A stretch of DNA of 64,000 nt. Source: Candidatus Izemoplasmatales bacterium. Its GTDB lineage: Bacteria > Bacillota_I > Bacilli_A > Izemoplasmatales > Hujiaoplasmataceae. Location: assembly GCA_050177605.1 (NCBI GenBank), contig JBFXGX010000005.1:22047-86046 (forward strand). The letters run 5' to 3'. Under the pieces are notes generated by a model, which ran no database searches, was not told where the DNA came from, and saw only the letters and a list, made by a program, of their open reading frames with translations. A program made the position numbers and the translations under genes. Shown here piece by piece: positions 18,967-32,841 of this stretch (positions within the stretch are counted from its first letter, which is position 1; every line of letters starts with the position of its first letter).

Positions 18967-19848
18967 ATGAAAGATTATTTAGTAAAAGCCTATGCTTTTG
19001 ATGGAACAGTAAGAATATATAGTGCTTCAACAACGATGCTTGTGGAAGAAGCAAGAGTCATTCATGATACCTGGCCAGCCGCAACCGCCGCTCTAGGAAG
19101 AACATTAACAGCCAGCGTTATTATGGGCGCAATGTATAAGGAAGATCAAACGTTATCGATTCGTATTGATGGCGGTGGTCCTATCGGGAAAATAATGACT
19201 ACGACGAATGCACACGGAGAAGTCCGCGGTTTTGTATCCAATCCGCACGTGCATATGTCAACGAACGCAGGAAAATTGGCGGTCGGACATGTTGTTGGAA
19301 ATAATGGATTTATCCACGTGACTAAAGATGTCAAAATAAGGGAAACATTCACCAGTTCGGCATCATTACAAACGGGAGAAATCGCGGAAGATTTCACCTA
19401 TTATTTTGCAAAAAGTGAACAAATCCCTTCATCGGTTGGACTTGGTGTGTTAGTCGCTGATGATAATTCGGTTATCGCAAGTGGTGGTTTTATTCTTCAA
19501 ATCATGCCTGGTTGTACTGAAGAAACCTTATCTTTGATTGAAGAAAACATAAAGTCCATGAAACCTGTTAGTGAATTGATTCATCTGGGATTAACTCCAG
19601 AAGAAGTTGTTCAAGAATTAACCAAAGGAAATCACGAGTTTGTTCAAAAAATGGATTTACATTACGCTTGTGATTGCTCAAAAGAACGATTCGCAAGGGG
19701 ATTAATTTCTTTAGGCGAGAAAGAACTTGAAGAAATGATACAAGCAGGCGAGACGATTGAAACAACTTGTCATTTTTGTGGAAAAGAATATCACTTTGAT
19801 ATTGAAGAACTAAAAGAACTCAAACATATTACTGAAAAAGTAAGTTAG
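18967..19848 (+). CDS. hslO: Redox-regulated chaperone Hsp33
   Basis: ALGRTLTA, GEIAED, SEQIPS, GGFILQIMP, CDCS and CHFC zinc motifs. Confidence 0.96.
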   Translation: MKDYLVKAYAFDGTVRIYSASTTMLVEEARVIHDTWPAATAALGRTLTASVIMGAMYKEDQTLSIRIDGGGPIGKIMTTTNAHGEVRGFVSNPHVHMSTNAGKLAVGHVVGNNGFIHVTKDVKIRETFTSSASLQTGEIAEDFTYYFAKSEQIPSSVGLGVLVADDNSVIASGGFILQIMPGCTEETLSLIEENIKSMKPVSELIHLGLTPEEVVQELTKGNHEFVQKMDLHYACDCSKERFARGLISLGEKELEEMIQAGETIETTCHFCGKEYHFDIEELKELKHITEKVS

Positions 19849-19855
19849 TAAAAAG

Positions 19856-19884
19856 AAAAGACGATATCAAAATCGTCTTTTTTT
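19856..19884. terminator. Bidirectional terminator between hslO and the GH16 gene
   Basis: AAAAGACGAT-ATCAAA-ATCGTCTTTTTTT. Confidence 0.8.
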
Positions 19885-19889
19885 ATTAA

Positions 19890-21149
19890 TTAAGTAATAA
19901 TTGCAGTTTCAAGCGGTGTTCCTAAGTTTCCAGCATAATCTTCCGCAATGATAATAATCATATTCGTATCATCTGCTTTTAGATTCGTTAGCAATACCCC
20001 TGTCAGACTTGTTTTCTTCGCTAAAACACCATTCACATAAACATAATATTTAGCTACTTGTTTATCGTCTGAAGCTGCTGTCCAAATTAGATATGCAGAT
20101 GTACCTGTTTGGTATAAAACTCTTGGGTTTGTTGGGTTATGTGGCGCCTCACTATCACCATAAACATAATCTTGTTGGTAAACACGTACATAATCAACTT
20201 TATAAGATTGTGGGAAGATTGAATCATCAACACCTTGTGCTCCACCCCAATTACCGCCAATTGCGAAATTCAAGATAAGGTAGAAGTATTGGTCAAACGG
20301 CCAATCAACTGACGTATCATAAAGAACGGTTTGTGACAAATAAGGACTGTAAGATTCACTCGCATACTCATGCCCATCAAAATACCAAGTAATACTATTT
20401 TCGTCCCATTCGATGCCATATACATGGAATTCATTTGCGACATCAATGGATGCTAGTACATTTTGTGTAATTAATGAATTTGTAGAACCTCCACGTCCAT
20501 TTGAACCATTAAAACGATCCGTATGGATGGTTCCATAAACAACATTCATATCATATCCAACATGTTCCATAATATCGATTTCGCCGCTATCTGGCCAACC
20601 ACCGTATTTTGAAGTAGAAGGCATCATCCAAAATGCAGGCCAAGTACCTCTACCAGCTGGCAACATAGCACGCATTTCAAACTTACCATATTTCCAATCA
20701 ATTTTTCCGTTTGTCCAAATTTTAGCGGAGGTATAATTATACCCACTAAAAGATTCTTTTTTACCAACAATATTTAAATAATCTCCATCAACATATAAGT
20801 TATCTGTTCTAGAAGTGTAGTATTGTAACTCATTATTACCAAATCCGCCACCGCCAGTTACAACATTCCACTTAGTTGAATCAACGCCACCAGTGTAATT
20901 AAATTCATCGCACCAAACGGGTACCCATCCATCCACAATTTCGATTGACGAACATTCTGAAGGAATAGAATTCGATAATGCCGTTGCGGTGTTGGTGATT
21001 AATTCTCCGGACGTCGTTGTCGTAGTAGTAGTTGTATCAGATGAAGTCGTTGTGGTTGTTGTGGTTGTACTTGTGGTTACCGTCTCACAACCTACAAGCG
21101 CTATAATGGTTAATATCATGACCCCTAGCGTTACAATTTTCTTTTTCAT
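19890..21149 (-). CDS. GH16 (laminarinase/beta-1,3-glucanase-like) lipoprotein with Thr-rich linker and FN3-like C-terminal domain
   Basis: Lipobox LVGC, poly-Thr linker, WCDEF, GNNELQYY, WPAFWMM, catalytic EIDIME, VDYVRVYQ; WTAASDD...YYVY...AEDYAGN. Confidence 0.9.
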   Translation of the reverse strand: MKKKIVTLGVMILTIIALVGCETVTTSTTTTTTTTSSDTTTTTTTTSGELITNTATALSNSIPSECSSIEIVDGWVPVWCDEFNYTGGVDSTKWNVVTGGGGFGNNELQYYTSRTDNLYVDGDYLNIVGKKESFSGYNYTSAKIWTNGKIDWKYGKFEMRAMLPAGRGTWPAFWMMPSTSKYGGWPDSGEIDIMEHVGYDMNVVYGTIHTDRFNGSNGRGGSTNSLITQNVLASIDVANEFHVYGIEWDENSITWYFDGHEYASESYSPYLSQTVLYDTSVDWPFDQYFYLILNFAIGGNWGGAQGVDDSIFPQSYKVDYVRVYQQDYVYGDSEAPHNPTNPRVLYQTGTSAYLIWTAASDDKQVAKYYVYVNGVLAKKTSLTGVLLTNLKADDTNMIIIIAEDYAGNLGTPLETAIIT

Positions 21150-21168
21150 AAATTAACTCCTTTTTGTA

Positions 21169-21197
21169 TGTAAACTGTTACACACAAAATAATACCA
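21169..21197 (-). promoter_or_regulatory. Extended -10 promoter and cre/LacI-like operator upstream of the GH16 gene
   Basis: TGnTATTAT at 21197-21189; palindrome TGTAA-ACTG-TTACA at 21169-21182. Confidence 0.55.
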
Positions 21198-21255
21198 TAA
21201 TAAAAGCGAAAAAAAAAGGAAAAACGCATATGAAATTCGTTTCCTTTTTATTTTG

Positions 21256-22122
21256 CTATAAGATTTTGTTGATTTCGTTAGATAAACGGACAAATGATTC
21301 GATTGGCAATGCTTCTGCTCGAACTGAAGGTTCGATTCCTGCATCTTTTATTGCGGTCTCAATCATCTCTTTATCTACATTTGGATATGCATTTCTTAGG
21401 TTGTTGTATAATGTTTTTCTTCTTTGCGCAAAAGTTTGTCTTACTAATCCAAAAAAGAATTCTTCATTTTCAACTTTAAATAGCGGTTTATCCCTTAATT
21501 GGATTTCAATGATTGCGGAATCAACATTGGGTTCTGGTATAAAAACTGTTCTTGGCACTTTAAATAATATTTTCGTTTCTGCTCGGTATTGAATAGCGAT
21601 ACTGAGTGAGTTATAGTCTTTTGAGTTAGGTTTTGAAGCCATCCGGGATGCAACTTCAAGTTGAACCATCAAAATTAATTTGGATACTCTTTTCGATGTC
21701 TCTAAAAACTTCATTAAAATAGGTGTCGTAATATAATAGGGTAAATTTGCTACCACAACGACTTCTGTTTCATCTTTAAAAAACTTATCAATGTCATCAT
21801 CAATGTGAGCTTCTAAAATATCTTGATGTAATAAGTAAAAATGAGATTCGTCTTTAAACTCGGATTCAAGAATCGGGATTAAATCCTTATCAATTTCATA
21901 AGCGAGTACTTCTTTTGCATTTTCTAGAAGTTTTTGAGTTAATGATCCTAGACCAGGGCCAATTTCAATCACTGAAGTAGCTTTTGAAATACCAGAAGAA
22001 GCAACGATTTGATTTAGAATATTTTGATCAACGAGAAAATTTTGGCCAAAATGTTTTTTTACATGCAGGTCATTTTTTTTCATTGCTGATTTAATTTCGT
22101 TAATCGTTCCAATTTTCTTCAT
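21256..22122 (-). CDS. rsmA: 16S rRNA m6,2A dimethyltransferase KsgA/RsmA
   Basis: KHFGQNFL, IEIGPGLGSLT, ANLPYYITTP, PNVDSA, FAQRRKTL. Confidence 0.97.
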   Translation of the reverse strand: MKKIGTINEIKSAMKKNDLHVKKHFGQNFLVDQNILNQIVASSGISKATSVIEIGPGLGSLTQKLLENAKEVLAYEIDKDLIPILESEFKDESHFYLLHQDILEAHIDDDIDKFFKDETEVVVVANLPYYITTPILMKFLETSKRVSKLILMVQLEVASRMASKPNSKDYNSLSIAIQYRAETKILFKVPRTVFIPEPNVDSAIIEIQLRDKPLFKVENEEFFFGLVRQTFAQRRKTLYNNLRNAYPNVDKEMIETAIKDAGIEPSVRAEALPIESFVRLSNEINKIL

Positions 22123-22657
22123 CGATGATTTCACTCAATTCTTTTAATGATAGTTGAAGCATATGACAATATTTTAACAACGTCTTACCATTACAATAAG
22201 GAATGTGTAGTCGTTCACAAATACGAATTCTTCGCTCTTTCGAACCAGAATGACCATTTAACTCTAAATGAAATAAATCCTTCATTGAGAGAGCGGGCAA
22301 TACATCACTTGAAAGTGAAACAACACCCTCTAAACAAGCAATAATATCTTCTTTTGTCGCATGTTCAATACCAATTTTCTTTCTATTTTTACTATAAGCC
22401 AAATGACGACTTAATGCTGCTATTTTAATATTACTAATACCTGGAATGTCTAAAATTTTTTGAGTGATTTGTCTGCCAGGATAATCAGGATCCAACATTA
22501 AAATAACACCTCGTTCAATTGAAGCTTGATAGATTAATGACTTTGTTTGTTCACTAATTTCGCTTCCTCCTGTTACAATAACAGAAGCATCTTGATAGAT
22601 TGATTTAATTTTCTGTTCGTCATGAAGACCTTCGACGACAATGATTTCTTTAAGCAC
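22100..22657 (-). CDS. rnmV: Ribonuclease M5 (Toprim)
   Basis: KEIIVVEG, DPDYPG, IGIEHA; adjacent to ksgA as in Bacillota; probable GTG start at 22657. Confidence 0.92.
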   Translation of the reverse strand: MLKEIIVVEGLHDEQKIKSIYQDASVIVTGGSEISEQTKSLIYQASIERGVILMLDPDYPGRQITQKILDIPGISNIKIAALSRHLAYSKNRKKIGIEHATKEDIIACLEGVVSLSSDVLPALSMKDLFHLELNGHSGSKERRIRICERLHIPYCNGKTLLKYCHMLQLSLKELSEIIDEENWND

Positions 22658-23579
22658 AAGACACCTCATCCTCTTGATGAATGAAATATCTCTTTTTGAT
22701 ATGTTTTGGAATGATGATACAAATTGCTTGCCTCATCACGTGAATATCTTGATTACCTATCCCACCTGATTCACCATCTACATTCCATCTACTTCTAATA
22801 TTGGTGACTACTTTTAAATTGGAAGTTGTAAATCTTTTTACTAATGGTGTTGACCAAAATGGAAGTAAAAATGATGTGAAATAAAGCACGAAATTAAAAG
22901 GAAAGATATTTCTATATAAAACTACATTCACTTTGCCATCGTCTAGTTTAGGTCGATAGATCATATTGATACCTGCAACTCTCTTAGAATTGATAATCAA
23001 CATTAAACTAAATTTACCCCTAAACTCTCCACCATCATGCTTAATCTTCATTCTCATTTTTGGGATTGTAAATAACTCTTCCGCACCTTTAATTAAATAT
23101 GCAAAATATCCAATCTTCTTCTTCAATTTAGAATCCGTTACATAAGATATATCGATAAATGCACCATTCCCAGAAACATAACAAAAATACCTATCATTTG
23201 ACTTAACAATATCCATCTTCACAGGATGGTTATTAAGCATGACATCTAATGCTTTTTTGATGTTTTTCTTAAGCCCTAATGTATGTCCTATGTCGCAACA
23301 TGTTCCAGCTGGAATATAGCCAATTACAGGCCTTTTATCAAAGTCCATTAAACCGTTAACGACCTCATTAAAAGTGCCATCTCCACCAACAATAACAATC
23401 ATATCGACTTCATCTTTACACGCTTGTTTTGCTAATTCTGTCGCATGTCCCATATAACTTGTAGGTAAAGGAAAAACGTCATGTCCTCGCTCTGCTAAAC
23501 GGTCTATGACGTAATGTAAGCTTTCTGTGAAATTTTGTTTTCCGCTCATCGGATTATAAATCAAATATGTTTTCTTCAC
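22650..23579 (-). CDS. YegS/Rv2252/BmrU family lipid kinase
   Basis: IYNPMSG, GGDGTFNEV, IPAGTCCD, NVDGE; probable GTG start at 23579. Confidence 0.9.
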   Translation of the reverse strand: MKKTYLIYNPMSGKQNFTESLHYVIDRLAERGHDVFPLPTSYMGHATELAKQACKDEVDMIVIVGGDGTFNEVVNGLMDFDKRPVIGYIPAGTCCDIGHTLGLKKNIKKALDVMLNNHPVKMDIVKSNDRYFCYVSGNGAFIDISYVTDSKLKKKIGYFAYLIKGAEELFTIPKMRMKIKHDGGEFRGKFSLMLIINSKRVAGINMIYRPKLDDGKVNVVLYRNIFPFNFVLYFTSFLLPFWSTPLVKRFTTSNLKVVTNIRSRWNVDGESGGIGNQDIHVMRQAICIIIPKHIKKRYFIHQEDEVSCA

Positions 23580-23697
23580 GAAATCACCTAGCAACATTAT
23601 ATCATACCAAAAGTAAATTTTCTACTTAGACTTGCCCTTCTTTAATTACTTTACAAAAACACCTCAATTTCTGTTATAATAGAGGAGGTGAATATAA

Positions 23698-24357
23698 ATG
23701 AAGATAAATACAATTCTATTCGATTTGGACGGAACACTCGTTGATTCCAACGAATTAATCTTAGAATCTTTTCGAAGAACTTTCCTCAAATTCGATCCTA
23801 CGAAAAATTATTCAAAAGCAGCGCTACTAGAAATGATGGGGCCGCCTCTTTACGAAACATTTAGAGAAGTGACCGATGAAGAATCGGTCATTCATGAAAT
23901 GATTGATTATTATCGTAAAATATATGTTGAGATAGAGTTTGATTATGTTAGGCTATATCCTTACACTTTAGAGATGCTCTCTTATTTCAAAAACAAAGGA
24001 TATAATCTCGCAATAGTAACAACTAAATTCTTAGTTTCTGCAGTTCCTTCCATCGAGGAGTTTCATATTAACGATTATATTGATGTCGTAATTTCTCTAG
24101 ACGATGTAAAAAACCATAAACCACATCCAGAACCAGTTCTTGCGGCATTAAATCGATTTGATAACGTTATGAACGCCGTGATGGTTGGAGATAATTATAC
24201 GGATTTAGAATCTGGAAAAGCTGCCGGTATTTTGACTTGCGGCCTAGAATGGTCTTTTAAAAAGGACACGCTTTTACAAACGAATCCAACCTTCTGGATT
24301 CACTCATTTAAGGATTTAATTACACAGATTGAAGAATATAATAAGGAGGAATCATAA
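23698..24357 (+). CDS. HAD-family hydrolase (PpaX-like pyrophosphatase)
   Basis: LFDLDGTLVDS, IVTTK, KPHPEP, MVGDN. Confidence 0.88.
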   Translation: MKINTILFDLDGTLVDSNELILESFRRTFLKFDPTKNYSKAALLEMMGPPLYETFREVTDEESVIHEMIDYYRKIYVEIEFDYVRLYPYTLEMLSYFKNKGYNLAIVTTKFLVSAVPSIEEFHINDYIDVVISLDDVKNHKPHPEPVLAALNRFDNVMNAVMVGDNYTDLESGKAAGILTCGLEWSFKKDTLLQTNPTFWIHSFKDLITQIEEYNKEES

Positions 24358-24773
24358 TGGATTGTGTATTTTGTAGAATCGTTGCCGGGGAAATACCTTC
24401 CTATAAGGTGTATGAAGATGAACATATTCTTGCGATTCTTGATATTTCTCAAGCAACAAAGGGTCACACATTAATTATTGCAAAAGAGCATTACAAAAAT
24501 CTTTACGACATCGACGAAGATTTAGCAGGAAACATTTTTAAAACAATTCCAAAGATTGCGCGAGCAATCCGAGACGCTTTTCATCCCATTGGTCTTAATG
24601 TTTTAATCAACACAGAAAAGCCACTTCAAACCGTATTTCATTTTCACGTGCATTTAATTCCACGATATCACATGGATGGTGTTGATATTGATTTCATTAA
24701 CAATCAAGGGATTACTACCAAAGAAACCTATCTTGAAACGGCAAAATTAATTCAAGATCATATTCAAGAATAA
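24357..24773 (+). CDS. HIT family nucleotide hydrolase
   Basis: DCVFC, GHTLII, HFHVHLIPR. Confidence 0.93.
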   Translation: MDCVFCRIVAGEIPSYKVYEDEHILAILDISQATKGHTLIIAKEHYKNLYDIDEDLAGNIFKTIPKIARAIRDAFHPIGLNVLINTEKPLQTVFHFHVHLIPRYHMDGVDIDFINNQGITTKETYLETAKLIQDHIQE

Positions 24774-24776
24774 GAA

Positions 24777-24810
24777 AAAACACGAGGAAATCGGTCCTCG
24801 TGTTTTCTTT
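24777..24810. terminator. Bidirectional terminator
   Basis: AAAACACGAGGA-AATCGG-TCCTCGTGTTTT. Confidence 0.85.
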
Positions 24811-24825
24811 ATTTATGCGATAAAT

Positions 24826-25464
24826 TTATCCGTTGATGCATGTTTGATAATTGTTATATACTTTTGTAGTACTTGTTCCTGATTTTTTAAACATATTTCT
24901 GACTTGACTCATAAGGTCTGTCCCAACACCAATATAACGATCTTTTGAGAAAGCTGCTAAATGACTATAAGATGCGTTTTGAAGTGCTGTAAATACGTCT
25001 CTAACATCATCAGGTAAATCTTGACCTAAGAAGGCTGCATACATTGCGATATTCATTTCTTCTGCTTGAATACCTGTTGCTAAAGCGCTAGTCACTGAAT
25101 CTGGAACGACTACATAATCAGCTGCTGTGTTTTCTGGAACGCTGATTCCATAGGCTTCAAATAAAGGTAATAAAAGACTAATATGAGTTCCTTCTGCTAA
25201 AATAACGTTTGTGAATGGGCGAATTTCTCCATAGGTGCTAATGATTGCTTGGTATTCTGCTTGCGCCATATATTCATCTTGAAGAGCGTAAACCAACATT
25301 TCTTCTAGCGTATAACTATCTGCAGATAATGCATCTGCGCTACCATAATTAATACTTGCTGTGTCATAAACAGCGTCTGCGCTGACAGTTGATAATGTAA
25401 ATGTAAGACCAAAAGTTAAAACCACCGCGGCAATGATTGCCACTTTAATCATATTTTTTTTCAT
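24826..25464 (-). CDS. Secreted ferritin-like DUF2202 family protein
   Basis: Signal peptide; ALQDEYMA...PFTNVILAEGTH...AEEMNIAMY...ASYSHLAAF. Confidence 0.78.
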   Translation of the reverse strand: MKKNMIKVAIIAAVVLTFGLTFTLSTVSADAVYDTASINYGSADALSADSYTLEEMLVYALQDEYMAQAEYQAIISTYGEIRPFTNVILAEGTHISLLLPLFEAYGISVPENTAADYVVVPDSVTSALATGIQAEEMNIAMYAAFLGQDLPDDVRDVFTALQNASYSHLAAFSKDRYIGVGTDLMSQVRNMFKKSGTSTTKVYNNYQTCING

Positions 25465-25594
25465 TGTTAAATTCCTCCTTGAATTTTGTTTTCGGAAGAT
25501 ATACGCTTTGAAAAAATCAATTATTGGGATTTAACAAATCCATCACAAAACCCTCAAAAAAGAAAGACACCCTTCCCGGATGTCTATTCAATCA

Positions 25595-26869
25595 TTATTT
25601 AATAAGGTCTGTCCCCATATATTTACGGAGTACCTCAGGAACAACAATCGTTCCATCTGCTTGTTGGTAGTTTTCCATAATTGCAATAACGGTACGACCA
25701 ACCGCAAGTCCAGAACCGTTTAACGTGTGGACATATTCAAGTTTAGAATCGTTATCTCTTCTAAATTTGATATTCGCTCTTCTTGCTTGGTAATCTTCAG
25801 CATTAGAAATTGATCCTATCTCACGATACTTATTTTCGGATGGTAACCAAACTTCAATATCGAATGTTTTTCTCATACCAAAACCTAAATCTCCAGTACA
25901 TAACTCAACGACACGGTAAGGTAGTTCTAAGAGTTGTAATACTTTTTCTGAATTTGCAAGCATCTTATCTAATTCTTCATAACTATCTTCAGGCTTTGTG
26001 AATTTAATAAGCTCTACTTTGTTAAATTGATGTTGTCTTAAAATTCCTCGAGTATCTCTACCAGCAGAACCAGCTTCTTGGCGGAATGCCGTTGTATAAG
26101 ATACATATTTAATTGGTAATTCTTGTACATTTAATACTTCATCACGATGTAGATTAATCGTTGGAACTTCAGCTGTAGGATTTAAATATAAATTTCTTTC
26201 GTCATATAATTTAAACGCATCTTCCTTAAACTTAGGAAATTGCCCTGTCGCATACATTGATGCTTCATTAACGATATAAGGAGGAATAATTTCACGATAT
26301 CCATGTTCGTTGGAATGAAGATCCATCATCCATTGAATTAATGAACGTTCCAGTCTTGCGCCTAGCCCTTTGTATACAACAAATCTAGATCCACTAATTT
26401 TACCCGCGCGATTAAAATCAAGAATATCAAGTTTTTCACCAAGTTCGTAGTGTCCTAAAATTGGAAAGTTAAATTCTGTCGGAGTCAGATACTTCTTTAG
26501 TTCTTTGTTTTCAGAATCGTCTTTTCCAATGGTTATGGATTCGTTTGGAAGGTTTGGCGTCATCATTAAACTGAATTTAATTTCTTCCTCAGTTTTACTG
26601 ATAAATTCATCAAGTGTCTTAATATCAGTACTATAAGAATCCATATCATTTAAGATAGTTGTTACATCTTTACCTTCTCTTTTATACTGTCCAATCATCT
26701 TGGAAACTTCATTTTTCTTTTGCTTTAACGCTTCTGCTTTTTGAATTGCATAACGTCTTTCTTCATCTTTTTGAACAACATCGCGAAGATAACTAAAATC
26801 TCCACCTCTGCGATTTAAAAGTTCAATTACTTTATCTGTTTCTTCACGAATTAATTTAAGATCTAACAT
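25595..26869 (-). CDS. serS: Serine--tRNA ligase
   Basis: [47 protein letters not shown]. Confidence 0.98.
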   Translation of the reverse strand: MLDLKLIREETDKVIELLNRRGGDFSYLRDVVQKDEERRYAIQKAEALKQKKNEVSKMIGQYKREGKDVTTILNDMDSYSTDIKTLDEFISKTEEEIKFSLMMTPNLPNESITIGKDDSENKELKKYLTPTEFNFPILGHYELGEKLDILDFNRAGKISGSRFVVYKGLGARLERSLIQWMMDLHSNEHGYREIIPPYIVNEASMYATGQFPKFKEDAFKLYDERNLYLNPTAEVPTINLHRDEVLNVQELPIKYVSYTTAFRQEAGSAGRDTRGILRQHQFNKVELIKFTKPEDSYEELDKMLANSEKVLQLLELPYRVVELCTGDLGFGMRKTFDIEVWLPSENKYREIGSISNAEDYQARRANIKFRRDNDSKLEYVHTLNGSGLAVGRTVIAIMENYQQADGTIVVPEVLRKYMGTDLIK

Positions 26870-26879
26870 GAGAAACCTC

Positions 26880-29465
26880 CTAATAGCTTTCGCTTAAAAT
26901 ATCATCTATTGTATCATTATCTTCTTCGTTTGTTGACACAACTTCAGAAGTTTCTACAACTTTTGTTTCGTTTTCTACTTCTAACTCTAAATTTTCTGCC
27001 GTTTCAGCCACTGGCGTAATCTCAGAATCTTCATCTTTAGGAACAATTGCGATGGTTGCGACAGTGTGTCCTTCTAATAGATTAATAATTCTAACGCCTT
27101 GTGTAGAACGTTTTGTTTGTGCAATTTGATCAATCGGTACACGAATAATCATTCCTTTATCTGTCACAACAAGTAAATCTTCTTCACCGGTCACAGATAT
27201 TAATTTCTTAAGGTTACCATTCTTTTCCGTAACATTAATTGTCTTTACACCTTTACCACCACGGGATTGTTGGCGATATTCTTCGACAATTGTACGTTTC
27301 CCATATCCAAACGCTGTAATTGCTAGAACTTCTTCTTGCTCATCACTCACGCTCGTAACGCCGACAACTTCTTCTTTGTTTTCTAAATAAATACCACGAA
27401 CACCGGCAGCATTTCTACCCATATCACGAACGTCTTGTTCGTTGAAACGGATTGCTTTACCGTTTGAAGCACCAATGATAATGTCTTTCGTTCCGTCGGT
27501 TAATTTAACTGAATGCAATGTGTCGTCTTCTCTTAATGACAATGCACGAATACCGTTAACACGAATGTTTTGGAAATCAGATACTTTTGTACGTTTTACA
27601 ACACCTTTAGATGTAGTAAAGAATAGATAGCCATTTTCAAAATCTTTAACACTCATGACTGCCGCTAAAGTTTCGTTTTCTACTAAATTAAGTAGATTAA
27701 CAATAGGTAATCCTTTGGAGTTTCTTCCGTAACTTGGTATACGATATCCCTTAATCTTATAGACACGTCCTAAAGAAGTAAAGAACAACAAGTAATCATG
27801 CGTAGAAGTAGAAATGATTGAATCAATTACATCATCTTCATTCATCTTCATACCGGATTTACCTCGTCCACCACGATTTTGAGATTTATAAACATCAATG
27901 TTCATTCTCTTAACATAACCATTGGTTGTGACTGCGATAATTACATCTTCAACAGGAATTAAATCCTCGTCTTCGATGTCATAATCACCATCTAAATCGA
28001 TATCTGTACGACGAGCGTCGCCATATTTTTCTTTGACTTCATTTGCATCTTGAATTAATAATTCTTTTCTTAACTCTTCACTCGATAAAATTTGGTTGAA
28101 GTAAGAAATTGATTCTTCGATTTCTTTTAACTCTTGATGAATTTTATCTCTTTCAAGCCCGCTTAAACGTCTTAATTGCATTGCAAGAATAGCTTTTGCT
28201 TGAATATCAGATAACCCAAATCGTTCAATTAGTCTTGATTCAGTATCATCATAAGAATCGCGAATTAATTGGATCACTTCATCGATATTATCAAGAGCAA
28301 TGATAAATCCTTGTAACAAATGTTCTCTTTGTAATGCTTTATTTAGGTCAAAATTCGTTTTTCTAATTAAAACTTCAACTTGATGGTTGTAGTAATGGCG
28401 AATCATATCAACAAGAGGTAAAATTTCAGGTTTCATATCAACAAGCGCCAGCATGTTGATACCGAAAGAAACTTGAAGTTGAGAGTTTTTATATAGATTG
28501 TTTAGTAAAACTTCTGGATTAACATCTCTTCGAAGTTCCATCACAACTCTCATACCATTACGATTAGATTCATCTCTTAAATCTGTAATGCCATCAATTC
28601 TTTTATCTTTTGCAAGTTCCGCAATACGTTCGATTAAAGTCGTTTTGTTTACTTGGTAAGGAATTTCTTTGATAATGATTTGTTTTTTCCCAGAAGCATA
28701 CTCAATCGTTTCTGTTTTTGCTTTAACACGAATAATTCCTTTTCCAGTTTGATAGGCTTCTCGAATACCGCTTTGGCCAAGAATAATACCCCCCGTAGGA
28801 AAATCAGGACCTTTAATATAATCCATTAATTCTTCGGTTGTAATTTCAGGATTGTGAACGTATGCAATATACCCGTCCAATACCTCAGTTAAGTTATGTG
28901 GTGGAATATTGGTTGCCATACCTACAGCAATCCCCGTAGAACCGTTGATTAATAAGTTTGGTATTCTTGTTGGTAACACTTTTGGTTCTTGTTCTGAACC
29001 ATCGTAGTTATCCATAAAATCAACTGTATCTTTTTTTAAGTCACGAAGAATTTCCATCGTGATTTTTTCCATTTTAGCTTCGGTGTAACGCATCGCTGCA
29101 GCACCATCACCATCCACTGAACCAAAGTTTCCATGCCCATTGACAAGTGGATATCGATAACTAAAATCTTGCGCCATACGAACCATCGATTCATAAATTG
29201 CAGAGTCACCATGAGGGTGATACTTACCCATGACATCCCCGACAATACGTGCGCTCTTTTTATATTGTTTATCAGGATAAACACCTAGTTCGTCCATACC
29301 ATATAAGATACGGCGATGAACAGGTTTAAGTCCATCTCTTACGTCTGGTAATGCGCGTTCAACAATAACGCTCATTGCATAACTTAAGAAGGAGTTTTTC
29401 ATTTCGTTTGATATGTTGACTTCAATCACTTTACTAGGATTAAGTACATTTTTTACATCTTCCAT
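26880..29465 (-). CDS. gyrA: DNA gyrase subunit A
   Basis: [25 protein letters not shown], GyrA-box QNRGGRG, acidic tail. Confidence 0.97.
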   Translation of the reverse strand: MEDVKNVLNPSKVIEVNISNEMKNSFLSYAMSVIVERALPDVRDGLKPVHRRILYGMDELGVYPDKQYKKSARIVGDVMGKYHPHGDSAIYESMVRMAQDFSYRYPLVNGHGNFGSVDGDGAAAMRYTEAKMEKITMEILRDLKKDTVDFMDNYDGSEQEPKVLPTRIPNLLINGSTGIAVGMATNIPPHNLTEVLDGYIAYVHNPEITTEELMDYIKGPDFPTGGIILGQSGIREAYQTGKGIIRVKAKTETIEYASGKKQIIIKEIPYQVNKTTLIERIAELAKDKRIDGITDLRDESNRNGMRVVMELRRDVNPEVLLNNLYKNSQLQVSFGINMLALVDMKPEILPLVDMIRHYYNHQVEVLIRKTNFDLNKALQREHLLQGFIIALDNIDEVIQLIRDSYDDTESRLIERFGLSDIQAKAILAMQLRRLSGLERDKIHQELKEIEESISYFNQILSSEELRKELLIQDANEVKEKYGDARRTDIDLDGDYDIEDEDLIPVEDVIIAVTTNGYVKRMNIDVYKSQNRGGRGKSGMKMNEDDVIDSIISTSTHDYLLFFTSLGRVYKIKGYRIPSYGRNSKGLPIVNLLNLVENETLAAVMSVKDFENGYLFFTTSKGVVKRTKVSDFQNIRVNGIRALSLREDDTLHSVKLTDGTKDIIIGASNGKAIRFNEQDVRDMGRNAAGVRGIYLENKEEVVGVTSVSDEQEEVLAITAFGYGKRTIVEEYRQQSRGGKGVKTINVTEKNGNLKKLISVTGEEDLLVVTDKGMIIRVPIDQIAQTKRSTQGVRIINLLEGHTVATIAIVPKDEDSEITPVAETAENLELEVENETKVVETSEVVSTNEEDNDTIDDILSESY

Positions 29466-29477
29466 GTGTTCTCCCCC

Positions 29478-32461
<2,984 letters not shown>

Positions 32462-32469
<8 letters not shown>

Positions 32470-32686
32470 CTTGTTTTCTCTCAATCTGAAGTACTACTTC
32501 ATTATTGATAACAATTTGATCACCAGGATAACATTTCTTTCCTCTTCTGTTTTCTGCTTCGCCATTAAAGGTGATATCATTCTCCATCAAGAAAAATTTT
32601 GTTTCTCCACCGCTTGAAATAACGTTTGCAAATTTAAGTAATTGGCCCAAAGTGATATAAGGGCTTGTGATATAAACTCTTTGCAT
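32462..32686 (-). CDS. yaaA: S4-domain RNA-binding protein YaaA
   Basis: YITLGQLLK, SGGETK, NGEAENRRGKK. Confidence 0.93.
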
Positions 32687-32715
32687 TGGGGCCTCCTAAC
32701 ATAACTGAAATCTCG

Positions 32716-32760
32716 ATATATTATATATAATATTATATAATATTATTATATAATTTTCAA
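32716..32760 (-). promoter_or_regulatory. Sigma-A promoter of the yaaA-recF-gyrB-gyrA-serS operon, inside a pure A/T tract
   Basis: TTGAAA (32760-55), 17 nt, TATAAT (32737-32); further TATAAT copies nearby. Confidence 0.7.
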
Positions 32761-32810
32761 CTTATATTTTTTTGCTTTTGAATTTTATCACAATGCTCTA
32801 AAAAAGCAAA

Positions 32811-32841
32811 AATAAAAGAGCATAATTTGAATTTATGCTCT
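32811..32841 (-). terminator. Intrinsic terminator after mfd
   Basis: GAGCATAA-N7-TTATGCTC hairpin followed by a U-rich run on the minus strand. Confidence 0.65.

Noticed and set aside
21010..21082. Thr-codon-rich tract as a phase-variable microsatellite or CRISPR-like repeat
   Set aside because: Codons are mixed with no exact tandem unit or repeat-spacer pattern; it is a protein linker.
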